Part shown: positions 36,268-49,161 of the stretch, piece after piece
Numbering within the stretch: the first letter of the stretch is position 1
How the letters are laid out: each line of letters opens with the position of its first letter
Assembly: GCA_963733675.1 (NCBI GenBank)
Contig: CAVTET010000005.1
Location: 64,001-128,000, forward strand
Length of the DNA stretch: 64,000 nucleotides
Direction of reading: 5' to 3'
From: an uncultured Methanosarcinaceae archaeon
GTDB lineage: Archaea > Halobacteriota > Methanosarcinia > Methanosarcinales > Methanosarcinaceae
Translations under genes and position numbers: made by a program
Notes under the pieces: generated by a model
What the model saw: the letters and a program-made list of their open reading frames with translations, nothing else
The model's database searches: none
What the model was told of the DNA's origin: nothing

Positions 36268-37122
36268 GGTTCCGTTGCAAAAAATCCTTTCTAATGATAC
36301 AATAGAATAAAAAGAAAACCAAAGATAGTAATATGCTATCTAATTCCTTTAAATGGAAGCATTATGAAGGAGAAATTATCCTATTGAATGTAAGATGGTA
36401 CTTAAAATATCCATTGAGCTATAGAAATTTAAAGGGAATGATGATAGAAAGAGGAATTCAAGTTGATCACAGTACTAGAATGAGATGGGTGCATCAATAT
36501 TCCCCTGAAATCTAAAAGAAGATCATAAAGCATTTAAGACTAACAAACTATTCGTGGAGAGTTGATGAAACCTATATCAAAGTAAAAGGTAAATGGAAAT
36601 ATTTTTACCGAACAGTTGACTCAAATGGAGATACAATTGATTTCATGTTAAGTGCAAAACGAAACCAAAAAGTAGCGAAGAGATTCTTTAAGAAAGCTTT
36701 GAGTTCTAATCATAACCAAATTCCGAAGGTAATAACAGTTGATAAGAATCCAGCTTATCCACCTGCTATAGATGAACTGAAAAATGATAAAATACTACCT
36801 AAAAACGTAGGTATTCGACAAATCAAGTATTTGAATAACATTATAGAACAAGATCATAGATCTCTAAAGCAAATCGTTAATCCAATGTTAGGATTTCAGT
36901 ATTTTCTATCTGCTAATAATACTTTAAAAGGAATTGAAGCTATGAATATGATTAAAAAAGATAAGTCAATAATTTAAATTACTCGGTTCTTAATGAAGTC
37001 AAATACATTAATTAATTGCTTGGTATAGTTTCATAATGTTAGTACATTTTCTTTGAATATTTTGATTTTTATTCATTACTCATAGATTTACATGCTTATT
37101 TTGAAATTTTTGCAACGGAGCC
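36268..37122 (+). mobile_element. IS6-family insertion sequence with inactivated transposase
   Basis: TIRs GGTTCCGTTGCAAAAA / TTTTTGCAACGGAGCC; FKWKHYEGEIILLNVRWYLKYPLSYR, WRVDETYIKVKG, ITVDKNPAY, LNNIIEQDHR; internal TAA at 36513. Confidence 0.93.
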
Positions 37123-37915
<793 letters not shown>

Positions 37916-38285
37916 ATTGAGAACCAATTTGACAGATCAATAGCTTGACTTAAAATATCAATTGGAAATATTGTTATGGGTAATTAGAAACAAATTCGAA
38001 GATGCAACTTAGTCATATTTGGAATAAGTTTGTTTAAAATCAACTGATTATGGTTTCTCTATACTCTTAAGCTTGTAAGTTAGATAACAGTGTGAAAAAT
38101 TGCAATGGAAAGTTGACGTGTAGATATAAAGATTTTTTTACTTTAAAACTTGTGCATACATGGGCATGTAGAGACTACAAACAAAGTCCTCGATCCTGCA
38201 ATTTCATTCAAAGCTGTCTATGAACCGGTGTAGAATAAATTGTGATGAAAAAATGGCGCTAAAAAAGTTTCAGAGGGGTCTCAAA

Positions 38286-39062
38286 ATGGAAGAGATAATT
38301 GGAAAAGTTGAAATTGTAGTTCTAGGTGGCGTAGGTTTCAATTCATACAGGAATTTTGAGGTCCTGGCAGTGCAGACCCCTTATGGAGAAGTCACAGCCT
38401 ATCACAATACTATTAGAGGGAAAAAAATTGCGATCATTCCCAGGCACTCAGGAAAAAATCATATTCCTCCTCATAGAATCAATTACAGAGCGAATATATG
38501 GGCCATACATGTCCTTGGGGCAAAACGTGTAATCTCCACAAATTCTGTTGGATCAATGCGAGAGCACCCAGTGGGAAGTTTTGTGGTAATCGATGATTTT
38601 ATAGATTTTACCCGGAACAGGTCTTCAACCTTTTATGATGACACTACTGTGCATATTGACGTCTCTGAGCCATATTGCGCGGAAATTAGGACAGCCCTTA
38701 TAAAAGCCCTTGAAAAGCAGATATTTTCCTACACGGAGGGCATTTATGCGTGCACAGAAGGCCCACGCTTTGAAACGAGGGCAGAAATTCATATGCTGAG
38801 TCAGTTTGCAGATATTGTAGGCATGACTGGTGTGCCAGAAGTAACCCTTGCAAAAGAACTCAGTCTTTGTTATGCTTCTCTTGCCTTAGTCACAAACCAG
38901 GCATGTGGAATGACAACCCATAAATTAACAGCAGACGAAGTAACTGAGGTGGTGGGAAAAACTCAGGAAGCAATCTTCGCGATTATCTCAGATGCAATCG
39001 AAAACATTCCCAAAGTCCGAAACTGCAAATGTAGGTTTTCAAGGGAAGGAGCTTGCCTTTAA
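38286..39062 (+). CDS. MTAP-family purine nucleoside phosphorylase (probably methylthioinosine/6-oxopurine type)
   Basis: PRH...HIPPHRINYRANIWA, NSVGS, EGPRFETRAE, VGMTGVPE, VTNQACG (Asn rather than the DxD of MTAP). Confidence 0.9.
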   Translation: MEEIIGKVEIVVLGGVGFNSYRNFEVLAVQTPYGEVTAYHNTIRGKKIAIIPRHSGKNHIPPHRINYRANIWAIHVLGAKRVISTNSVGSMREHPVGSFVVIDDFIDFTRNRSSTFYDDTTVHIDVSEPYCAEIRTALIKALEKQIFSYTEGIYACTEGPRFETRAEIHMLSQFADIVGMTGVPEVTLAKELSLCYASLALVTNQACGMTTHKLTADEVTEVVGKTQEAIFAIISDAIENIPKVRNCKCRFSREGACL

Positions 39063-39469
39063 AAACCCTACTTGTGAGGCTAAGAAAATATCTTATGTTT
39101 AACTTTTTTTACAAATACTGTTGCACATCAATATAAAAATTTAAAATTTTGAACTATAGTATATATTTGTTATAGTAATAATATCGATATATTAATACAT
39201 AATTTCAGTAAACTAAAATTTTGGGCCAGTTATTTATTAAGTTTATATACGTAATTTGTTGAAGTCGAAGTTTTACAGAAATTCCTACGGGGATTCTATT
39301 GTACTTCTGAATTCTTTCTTCGCGGAAATCCTGGCCAAAATCGTTCTTGCTAATTTCTGTATCTAGCCCCTTTTTTCTTTTTTGGTTTATCATTCTTTGA
39401 TTTTAAATATAGCTTCCCTATTCTAAAAATATTTCTTTTATTTTCAATGCCATCAATTGATAGAGATTA

Positions 39470-39725
39470 TAATAGAATGTTGTACAAAACATTTTTGGGT
39501 TCACTCTTTGAACAATAGTGACAAGAACTTTCCTTGCCTTAAATATTCTTTTTAGTTATTGGATACACTAGTTCCCCTGTAGCTCATTTTGAACTGACCC
39601 TCTCGCTGTTTGATATCACTCACATTCAAAAGATGTTTTTTTACTGTTCTTTTCATTGTTGCATCATAACTTTTTGATTTTGCTCCAAAGTACCCTCCGT
39701 CTCTGTAAACCACTTCATTTTGATA
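39470..39725 (-). mobile_element. IS5-family transposase 3' fragment
   Basis: Minus strand: EVVYRDGGYFGAKSKSYDATMKRTVK...ARKVLVTIVQRVNPKMF. Confidence 0.7.
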
Positions 39726-40084
39726 CAATGATTTGCATTTGGCAGTTCAATTTTATAGTCCAAAGGTAGCTTAAAATTTAATCCAATTAGTTAATAATGG
39801 TTCTCTGGGAATTTACCGGCTTTGTAGCCTGCTGCGCGGGTATTAGAGTGAAATAGTTTACCTTTTGGGAATAACACTTACTTCCTAAAACTAGGAACTA
39901 ATTTATCGGTTATTAATAATATTTTTTAGGATAAATTGTCCAAAATATACAAGTTTAGAAGCCAAGCGCCCTGTGCAAGAAATATTGAAAATGGTTTATA
40001 AGTTATGTAGCCATATATAGGCTCATGCAACATTCTATTTGCAGTTACAAATTATTTCACGTCTAAGGATTAAGAGGTGTTTTT

Positions 40085-40738
40085 ATGATTGAAATAAAAT
40101 TACATGGTACATACAATATTTATTATGCAATTCTTGGAATGCGGAACCCTATGAATTCCTGGCATCTTATGGACAGCAGTGAACGTGATCAGGCAGGGAA
40201 CTGCAAGATAGGCGAAAAAGATCTGAATCTGGCCCAAAGGCTGATTCTTGCAGGGAGTGAGCACGGCAAATTTTTAAGGTTTATTACAGTTTGTTTTGAT
40301 CTCAAAGCTCCTCTCTACTGGTGGAAAGAGTTCGACACTTACAAGTTCGCAGAAAAGAATTCCTGCTCCACAATGCATAAGCTGACCAGTAAGGATCTAG
40401 GTCCTCATGACTTTTCTTTTGACAAGCTGACAGATTTCAGGAATGCCCAGATCTGCCATCTTAATGATCTCATAAAAGCCTACAAATCCCGTGAAGGGGA
40501 AAGTGAGGGAGATCATGAATTCCGAAAAAATGTGTTCAGAGAGCTTATTCAGGATCTTCCAAGTGCTTACATGCAGAAACGCACGGTCATAACCAATTAT
40601 GCTGAACTCCGAAATATTTACTTCCAGCGCCGTAATCATAAGCTTGATGAGTGGAGGAAGTTCTGCACTTGGGTGGAGGAGACACTACCATATGCAGAAG
40701 AGCTAATTTGTCTGGAAAAGAGTGAAATTAAAAATTGA
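40085..40738 (+). CDS. ThyX-like (flavin-dependent thymidylate synthase fold) protein with divergent motif
   Basis: GMRNPMNSW, HGKFLR, APLYWWKEFDTYK, NSCSTMHK, LPSAYMQKRT, NYAELRNIYFQRRNHKLDEW. Confidence 0.65.
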   Translation: MIEIKLHGTYNIYYAILGMRNPMNSWHLMDSSERDQAGNCKIGEKDLNLAQRLILAGSEHGKFLRFITVCFDLKAPLYWWKEFDTYKFAEKNSCSTMHKLTSKDLGPHDFSFDKLTDFRNAQICHLNDLIKAYKSREGESEGDHEFRKNVFRELIQDLPSAYMQKRTVITNYAELRNIYFQRRNHKLDEWRKFCTWVEETLPYAEELICLEKSEIKN

Positions 40739-41059
40739 AACTGAATTAGTCAAACGGTGCTCTTTGAAGAGGCTATGTGATCGAAGCAAGAAAAATGTGA
40801 TGATCCATAAGTCTGTCGGTGAATGAACAGATTCTAGAATATCTTTACTGATTAACGAAGGGATAAAGATGACCGAATTCATAAAAACATAAGGTTTATG
40901 CCGTTAAACTGAAATAGCAACAGCATTAAGCGTTTAATTGTCCATATGAAACTCTGAACAACAGTGCTAATTATTTTATAAATTTTTTGCGATACTGCTC
41001 ATTTATTTCTTCATTGAATATGGTTAAGCTTTTGTTGCAGTAAGCTTAATCCAAAATGA

Positions 41060-42046
41060 AAAGTTCTCATTAATGTGTAATTAACAATTGATATATTTTT
41101 ATGCAAACTTTTCATTTTCTTGAAGCTGATTCAAATAAGTTTTCTACCAAGCCAATTGTTGATCCTAAAGTTAAGCAGATGGAAATGTTTAATGATAATT
41201 TACATAAAGCAAAAGGGAAATTTTTTTATCTCCATTACTTATGATGTAGACTTGAAGAACACTTACTATGACAATGACATCTACCAAGCGATTGATCTCA
41301 GCATTACAAAAATAGTACGGCCTATAAATACCGGCGTTAAATTCTTCGAAGTAAAGACACCACGAAATGAAAACTTTGGGATCCAAAGATTGATGATGCT
41401 AAATCAAAACGTGATCATTGTATTGGTGTTAAGAAAGGCTCTCAGAAGAGTAAGAAGTACCTTAGAGTAGCTAAAGCAGTTACAAAAATGAGCAGAAAGC
41501 TATCGAATTAAAATAAGGACTTTCAGCATAAATTATCTAAAACTATGGTTGAGAACACTAAAGCTAACACTATCATTGTTGGTGATTTAGATGTTCAACA
41601 AATGGCACAACCTGAAGTTAAAGATGAGGTAAAAGAGAAGAGGACCAAGAAAAAATCAAAATCTTTCTACTTAAAGTCTCGGAAACTTGAGTAGTTTTTT
41701 CTGATTTTTAACCTACAAAGTTGAATTAATGGTTAAGAGAGTAATAAATATCGGCGAACGTAATACGTCTAAAGGTTGCTGTTTTTGTGATAAAAAGTAA
41801 GATATGTCAACTTGAAATCGTACTATGAAATTTGATTGTGGGCACATCCCTGATAGAGATAGAAACAGTGCTATTAATATTCTGATACGTTACCTCTCGC
41901 AAAATGCCTTGTGGGCATGCTATCAGCTTTTTGTTGGTAACTTACAAAAAACAGGCACTATTAATAACCAAGGATACTTAGGTATACTTGCGAGATAGTT
42001 GTACTCATAGACGAAGCCTCCGAGTCTTTAGCTAGGGGTAGTTCAC
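41060..42046 (+). mobile_element. IS200/IS605 (IS1341-like) tnpB pseudogene with right end
   Basis: AIDL, KDFQHKLSKTMVENTKANTIIVGDL, LTYK, NTSKGC, DRDRNSAINI; ends GAAGCCTCCGAGTCTTTAGCTAGGGGTAGTTCAC. Confidence 0.85.
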
Positions 42047-42461
42047 ATTTCTTGAATAGAATTCTACAAACAAAGGCACTCATTTTTATTCAAATTTATA
42101 ATTTTGATAATGATATTAATTGCTTCAAACTTTTTTTTCTTCATACCATTTAAAGTTATACATTATTTTTCTCTAATTTTTGAAATCTTTCTTTTTTAAA
42201 AATAAATGATTTTAATAAAAATATTGTACCAGTAGTGAAATCTATTAAATTTGTGTTTTATCTAATTTTCACACATGAATCTAAGGTATTCGAAATAAAT
42301 TCCTCAGGGTCGAGTTTGTAAAAAAAATGTCAGCGGAAATCTTTTTCCTAGAAGGAAAAGATTTATACACATATAGGTGAAGCTATGCTTAATTTTGACA
42401 AAATGCAACATTTTCTGAATTTGAAGGACATCCAAATCCTGAGTTATCATAATTAAGCTTC

Positions 42462-42554
42462 TAGAGGATTTCAATAAACCTCTGATTTTCACGGGTTATT
42501 TATATGTTAATTATATGTAAATGACAAAATTTAGGGATTTATCACAATACTCTT
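42462..42554. mobile_element. ~92-bp MITE with IS5-type TIRs
   Basis: TAGAGGATTTCAATAAACC ... GGATTTATCACAATACTCT; interior similar to the 58336 copy. Confidence 0.7.
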
Positions 42555-42642
42555 TAATTTATTTTTTACATCTTATCGATCTATATTTCATTAAAAATGG
42601 TCATAATAACTCAAATAATAGAAATCACGGGAAGCAGTAGCA

Positions 42643-43869
42643 ATGTCTGAGAGTGAGCAGTATTCGAGAAATACATTAATGGATTTTATCGAACTTCAAC
42701 CCCTTGATATCGAAATATGTGACGTAACACTCCGAGATGGAGAACAGACACCAGGTGTTGTATTCACGAAAGAACAGAAAATGGCAGTTGCCATAGAGCT
42801 TGATTCAATGGGTGTTGAGGTTATAGAAGCCGGATTTCCAGTAGTTTCTGCAAAAGAAAAGGAAATCGTGAAGGAAATTGCAAACCAGGGTTTAAATTCA
42901 AGGATATGTTGTCTATCAAGAGCAGTAAAAGGAGATGTTGATGCTGCTCTTGATTGTGATGTTGACATAGTAAGTATTTTTATTGCGATGTCCGACATGC
43001 ATCTCAAATACAAGTATCATAGGAGTCTTGAAGAAATGCTCAGCTGTGCCAAGGAAGTTATTGAATATGCAACTGATCATGGGTTAAAAGTACGCTTCGC
43101 AGCTGAGGATTCAAGCCGGACTCCAATGGACCGCCTAAAGCGAGCTTTCAAAGAGGTTGAAACCGAATATAAAGTGCAATATATAAGCCTTGCGGATACA
43201 ATAGGAATCCTTAATCCAACCACAACTTACTACCTTGTTAACGATATTTACAAATCAGTTAATACTCCCATCTGTATTCACTGCCACGACGATCTTGGAA
43301 TGGCCACAGCTAATACCCTTGCAGCAGCTGAAGCCGGGGCAAAGCAGCTTCATACAACAGTCAATGCAATCGGGGAAAGGGCAGGGAATGCTTCACTTGA
43401 AGAAGTTATTGTGGCTCTCAGGGTGCAGTATGGGATTGAACGTTATGATACAACAAAGCTGACTGCACTTTCTAAAATGGTATCCGAATATTCAGGCATC
43501 ACACCCTCATCAAACAAAGCTATTGTCGGGCGAAATGCTTTCACCCACGAATCAGGGATCCATGTCGCTGCAATCTTGGAAGAGCCGCGAACTTATGAAC
43601 TCTTCCTTCCGAGTATGGTTGGTGGGAAACGCAATTTAATTGTTGGAAAGCATACCGGCACAAAAGCCCTGAAAGGTATTATCAATAGCATCGGATTTTG
43701 TCTTGAACGGGACGAACTCTGTGCTCTCATTGAAAAGGTCAAGGTATGCACAGAAGATAAGCATAAAAGCATATCACGTGAGCAGCTCGAAAAGCTAATC
43801 ACTCAGGTAAAACAGGAAAAGGAAACTGCAGAAAATAAGGAAAATGGTTTTTTAGCTGAAAATCTATAA
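42643..43869 (+). CDS. aksA: Homocitrate synthase / LeuA-family DRE-TIM enzyme (likely AksA)
   Basis: DVTLRDGEQTPG, IHCHDDLGMATAN, GERAGNA, FTHESGIH; no LeuA regulatory domain. Family certain, exact paralog inferred. Confidence 0.7.
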   Translation: MSESEQYSRNTLMDFIELQPLDIEICDVTLRDGEQTPGVVFTKEQKMAVAIELDSMGVEVIEAGFPVVSAKEKEIVKEIANQGLNSRICCLSRAVKGDVDAALDCDVDIVSIFIAMSDMHLKYKYHRSLEEMLSCAKEVIEYATDHGLKVRFAAEDSSRTPMDRLKRAFKEVETEYKVQYISLADTIGILNPTTTYYLVNDIYKSVNTPICIHCHDDLGMATANTLAAAEAGAKQLHTTVNAIGERAGNASLEEVIVALRVQYGIERYDTTKLTALSKMVSEYSGITPSSNKAIVGRNAFTHESGIHVAAILEEPRTYELFLPSMVGGKRNLIVGKHTGTKALKGIINSIGFCLERDELCALIEKVKVCTEDKHKSISREQLEKLITQVKQEKETAENKENGFLAENL

Positions 43870-43921
43870 AACCATGCAAAATAACAAAATTTTGGTCATG
43901 TCCATGGGTTGTTGAAAATCA

Positions 43922-44016
43922 TAGAAAATTTCAATAAATTTCCGATTTCAACAAATTGTTTATTATAGACTTATATAATATACCAGCTCAATATTTTAGT
44001 TTATTGAAATCTTCTG
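43922..44016. mobile_element. ~92-bp MITE with IS5-type TIRs (degenerate)
   Basis: TAGAAAATTTCAATAAA ... TTTATTGAAATCTTCT; interior resembles the 12587 copy inverted. Confidence 0.6.
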
Positions 44017-44298
44017 TAACTAAGGCTCTCTTTAGATTTTCCCGAAAACAAAAGATATACTAGTTTTTCAGATTTCATCAATGCATTATGGAGACGACCA
44101 AAATTTTAATTACACTTTAATTAATGTTCTATTAAATGATACACATTCTATAAAGTTTTCCACATAAAGGACATTAAGCAGCATCATACTGTATTTGAGC
44201 CTCTACTGATTCTAGATGAATGTGCTCAAATTGTTGAATTTGTTATACTTAGATTTTTTTGAGTTTACATGTCCTGTTCTGTGTGACGGAGGAAGATG

Positions 44299-44653
44299 TA
44301 TGGTACATTCTAATGAAGGTAATAGAAGATACAAAAAATTCAAGGAAAGTAATGAACGATTTCTTGACGCCCTTGGTCATATATTCGATGAATGGCTTAT
44401 GAGTAAGGACGAGAAAACTTTTTTAAGGGTGAGGGGTCAGAGTGGTGGCTCTAGGATATCTGTGCTTGATGATGTATATGAAGCAATTACTGAATATATA
44501 GAAGGTAATGATGATTTCGTAAAGGATGATTTCGTGCTTGAATTTTGCGAGCTTATAAAAAATGAAAATTTGGATCTTTATGAGCGTTTGATAAGCAAGA
44601 TTGTTGGTGACTTTGTATTTGATGTTGTAAATGCATATTCTGTGAGTAAGTGA
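44299..44653 (+). CDS. Acidic hypothetical protein
   Basis: Open frame 44216..44653; a GGAGGA RBS favours the start at MVHSNEG; no motif recognised. Confidence 0.55.
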
Positions 44654-45549
44654 GGATTATGTCTGATGGGCATTTTTATCTCGCTGTTGTCTTTCAGAGC
44701 CATTTTAAAAATTGGTTGAGGGTATGCTTGAATTCTTTTAAGCTATTTTCTATTCAATTTATACCCACAGTTCAATTTCGTTCTTGGCCTTCAGCTGCAA
44801 TAATCAACTACTGAACTTTGGCAGTTGAATAAAACTAAGCGCTTTTGTTTGTGCTATTCTGTCAAAAGAATACAACTGCAAAAAAGATAACATGCCCTTT
44901 AATTTCTAACAACAATTTATGCTCCCCTACGGATCGATTCTTATTGTTCAATTATTTTATGAAAAAATTAATTTTTATAATCTTTTGGCAGGCATAAAAG
45001 AAAGGATTTGATAGTCGACCGAAATTTATGTAAAATCTGATTGATTCTTTATTATTTTCACTTACTACATAAAAAAGGATTCTGAGTCAACAGTTATGCT
45101 AACAAAAATTCTGTCGCAATCAATTTAAAACTCAAAAAATAAAAAAAGATTATTATGTGATATTTATGCATAGATTTTAAAGTAAAAAAATCTTTATATC
45201 TACACGTCAACTTTACGTACTATTTTTTGCATGAGTAATTCTACTCACAAGCTTAAGAGTATAAATAAATACATATTACCTAATTTAAACAAACAAGTTG
45301 TACCCAGTTTAGTTTGCTGTTATGTTTGTAATTCTGATACTAACTGTTGTCTCATTTTCACGATTATAATGCAGGATGCTAACTGCTTCAGATGTGGATA
45401 CCCTACCTTATAATCGTGATACGCAATATAGATGATTCCTTTCATATTGATTTTATGGAATTTTCACAACTTCAATAAATGTGACTATATTCTGTTTCAA
45501 AATCTCCATATCATTTCTTTCATATAGCTGGTTTACTCCAGGTAATTGT

Positions 45550-46200
45550 AGGGGTCTTTCGGATATTTTAAGTTATAAATTTCCCGAAGGCAACAGGGTA
45601 TGTTCCTACAGGCAATGTGGCTGTAACAGTGTTTGTGGTTGTGTTAATTACATAGACATCGTTACCATTTTGATTCGTCACATATCTTTGTTCCATCAGG
45701 TGTGACTGCAACTCCGATAGGATATCTTCCTACAGGCACCGTGGCTGTGACAGTGTTTGTGGTTGTGTTAATTACAGAGACAGTACCTGCATTGGCATAG
45801 TTTTGTTACATATACCTTTGATCCATCCGGGGTGACTGCAACTCCTTCAGGATAGTTTCTTACAGGCACAATGGCTGTAACAGTGTTTGTTGTTGTGTTA
45901 ATTACAGAGACGTTGTTGCCACCATAGTTTGTCACATAAACCTTTGTTCCATCCGGGGTGACTGCAACTCCTTCTGGCCCTTTTCCTACATTCACTGTGG
46001 CTGTAACATTATTTGTGGCTGTGCCAATTACAGAGACATTGTTGCCACCATAGTTTGCCACATATACCTTTGTTTCATTCGAGGTGACTGCAACTCCGAT
46101 AGGATAGCTTCCTACAGGCACAGTGGCTACAATAGAGTTATTTGTTGCGTTAATTACAGAGACGGTTCTGTCACCAGAGTTTGTAATGTATGCTATAACT
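45550..46200 (-). pseudogene. YVTN-family beta-propeller surface protein remnant
   Basis: Repeats PEGVAVTPDGTKVYVTNYGGNNVSVI; frameshift near 45790; no N-terminus. Confidence 0.88.
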
Positions 46201-46211
46201 GGTTCCAGGAC

Positions 46212-46434
46212 ATTGATCGAACCAGCTGCTGGTATCCCTGCCTTCTTAAAAGCGTCGATATTTTCAGCAGGTGCATATTATATCGTATCCTAGTTGATTG
46301 GCTACTGCAGCTTCATAGTTAGGCTTTGTCTTAGAAATTCCGATAACTTCCATATCTTCCTGAGCCCTTACGGCATCTGCAACTATTTTTCCTATGGTTC
46401 CGTAACCGTTTACTGCAATCTTTGCTTTAACCAT
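46212..46434 (-). pseudogene. gap: Archaeal type II GAPDH, N-terminal fragment only
   Basis: [52 protein letters not shown], a frameshift, then [21 protein letters not shown], then an abrupt junction to YVTN repeats. Confidence 0.9.
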
Positions 46435-46569
46435 TTGTCATCCTGTCCTGTTCAATTATTTTCTAATCAATTCAAAACATAGTCTAAATTCACCGGACTG
46501 GCATACCATTGATTTGGTCATATTTATTAAATCCCGATTTATCTATATTTTTCATCTTTTAAAAATCAC

Positions 46570-48995
46570 TCAGTGATGATCCAGCAGCTTGTAGAATCTC
46601 ACTTTCATCCAATCCGTTATAACAAAAGCTATCAGTGCGTAGAGCCAGACAAAACCTGTCAGTTTCCATCCTATGGGGGACACATAGATTCCATACACTA
46701 CAACTAAAGTTGCAAGCAATTTCGTAATCACTGCAGACCAAAAAAGGAGCTTTCCTGGAGGAGGGGACCAGAAAGGTCCCCTGTTACGGGCAACGAATAT
46801 GGTCAGGTGCCCAGCTATTGCAAGTTTTAGGAAAATAAAAGACTGCAGTATGCCAGCACTGAGGTGAAGAATCCTATCCCCGATATAGAATATTGAGAAA
46901 GAAGAAATCACACCTATAATTCCCAGAAATGTGGCCATTATCAGGACTTCATGCATGTTCCATTTTTCTGGTTTTTGGGAATAGTTCACATTGTCATATG
47001 CAATGGCCATTATAGGAGCATCGTTGAAAAGGGCAAGCAAAACGATCATTAAAGCAGTTACAGGATAAAAGTTAAACACAATTATTGTAGTTGCAATAAA
47101 AAAAAGTACCCGCACAGTTTCGGCAATTCTATAAATGGAATAGCTCTTCATCCTCTGGAATATCTTGCGACTTTCCTTAATTGCATTAATAATAACCGAG
47201 AGACCTGAAATTGTAAACACTATATCTGCAGCGGATTTTGCAGCATCTGTAGCCCCTGCAACAGCAATTCCCGCATCAGCCATTTTCAGAGCAGGGACGT
47301 CATTGACTCCATCACCTGTCATGCCTACAATATGTTTTTTCTGTAGAAGTTCGACAATTCGGTATTTGTGTTCTGGAAAGACCTGCGCAAATCCATCAGC
47401 CTTCTCTACCACTTTCTGGGCTTCAGAATCGGATTTTCCTTCGAAATCTGCAGCTGTAATTATGTCCGTGCCCAATCCTACCTGGTCTGCTATCTCCCTG
47501 GCGATGGCTATGTGATCACCAGTTATCATTTTAACTTTCACATCCAGGGAGTTTGCTGTCTTTATAGTCTCTGCAGAATCTTTATGTGGTGGATCATAAA
47601 GGCCCAGAAGCCCTGCAAACCTATATTTTCTTGCCTCTTCCACCCCACTCCAAGGGCACGATATCCCTTTGAAGCCAGAGAATCTACATTTTCTTTTACT
47701 TTTTGCCCGATTTCTTCTTTATTGCTTGACATGTCCAGAATAATCTGGGGAGCACCTTTGGCAACTTTTAACTTTCCGTCAGGCCCTTCAACCGTAGCCT
47801 CTGTGTGCTTTATGACGGGATCAAATGGCTTGAACTCCTTGATTTTATAACTTTCTAGTTTTACTTTAAGGATTTCTGAAGCCTTTGTCTTCAGGAGAAT
47901 GGCATTATCAATAGGGTCGTTGTCCTCCTCTCTTGAGGCCAGCGAGCCATAGAGCAGAAGGTCGTTTTCCTTAAAGTTTCCAAAAGGTACGAATTCGGAT
48001 AATGTTATTTTGTTCTGGGTGATTGTGCCGGTTTTGTCTGAACATAGAACGTCCATCCCGGCCATCTCCTCTATAGAAACCAGCTTGCTGACAATAGCTC
48101 CTTTTTTTGCAAGTTCAGTGGCTCCAACAGCCATTGAAACGGACATTACAGCAGGGAGAGCTGCCGGAATCGCAGCTACGATCAACACAAGAGCAAACTG
48201 GAGAGTTTCCAGAAAAGGAGTGTGTCTGAAAAGCTCTTCTGTAAGTAAAACAATAGCAACAATACAACCTGCAAGGACGATCAGGTAGTCCCCTATTTTG
48301 AGAACCGCTTTTTGAAAGTGGCTTCGGGTCCGAACATCTGCAACCAGTTTTGTAGTCTTTCCAAAATAGGTGTCCATGCCCGTAACCACAACCAGTGCAT
48401 TCATCTCCCCTCTTTGAATAATGGACCCGGAATAGGCAATGTCACCAGAATATTTTTCTACAGGCAGAGATTCCCCTGTAAGGGCTGATTCGTCTACCTG
48501 CAGAAATTCTCATTCGAGGAGCTTAAGATCTGCAGGTACAATATCTCCTGCAAGTATGCGAACGACATCACCTGGAACCAGTTCCCGTGCAGGTACTTGG
48601 GACCATTGTCCCCCTCTGAGTACCTTGGCATGCAGGGCCATTTTCTGCTTAAGGAATTCAATAGCATTGTCAGCTTTGTATTCTTGCCAGAAGCCCAGAA
48701 CTCCATTTAAGACCAGGAGTAAGGAGATAATCACCAAATCTTCCCATCGATGTATGATCCCTGAAATTCCAGCTGCTATTTCGATCATCCAGGGAATGGG
48801 CCCCCAGAAATAGCTTAAAAATTTTATAAGTGGATTGATCTTCTTTTCGTAAAGTTCATTATAACCATACTGCTTAATCCGGTTCTCAGCCTCCGACGAA
48901 GAAAGCCCCTGGTTGCTGGAATCTAATTTTTCAAGGATTTCACTTGCAGATGAATCCTTTATTTCTTCAATTTTGAGTATAACATTTTTTCCCAT
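46570..48995 (-). pseudogene. P3A-type H+-transporting P-type ATPase, disrupted
   Basis: ESALTGES, CSDKTGT, KGAP, TGDGVNDVPALK; in-frame TGA at 48510 and a frameshift near 47645. Confidence 0.92.
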
Positions 48996-49161
48996 AAATA
49001 TACTCCAAAAAAGTGATTTCTCTCAAATAAAATATACTGAAAATAGTACAAATGTCAAAAAATATAGAATAATATAAATTATTAAATTTTACTTATAGTT
49101 TATTCTCGAAAAACTTTTCATTTGAGTTGATATTTCGGATTTAATTATAGTGTTTTGGATC

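Noticed and set aside
40797-40851. C/D box sRNA (GTGATGA ... CTGA, 55 nt)
   Set aside because: The spacing is plausible, but the internal D'/C' boxes are weak and I could not identify an rRNA or tRNA target. A snoscan-type search would be needed.
45600-46180. ~126-bp direct repeats as a CRISPR or DGR-like structure
   Set aside because: They are the coding YVTN propeller blades. There is no reverse transcriptase and no adenine-specific variation.
48510-48512. In-frame TGA codons (ATPase, SRAP, OYE, cupredoxin) as selenocysteine or recoding
   Set aside because: They replace expected Gly, Arg or Trp, not Cys. Each gene has additional frameshifts, and Methanosarcina is not known to use Sec.
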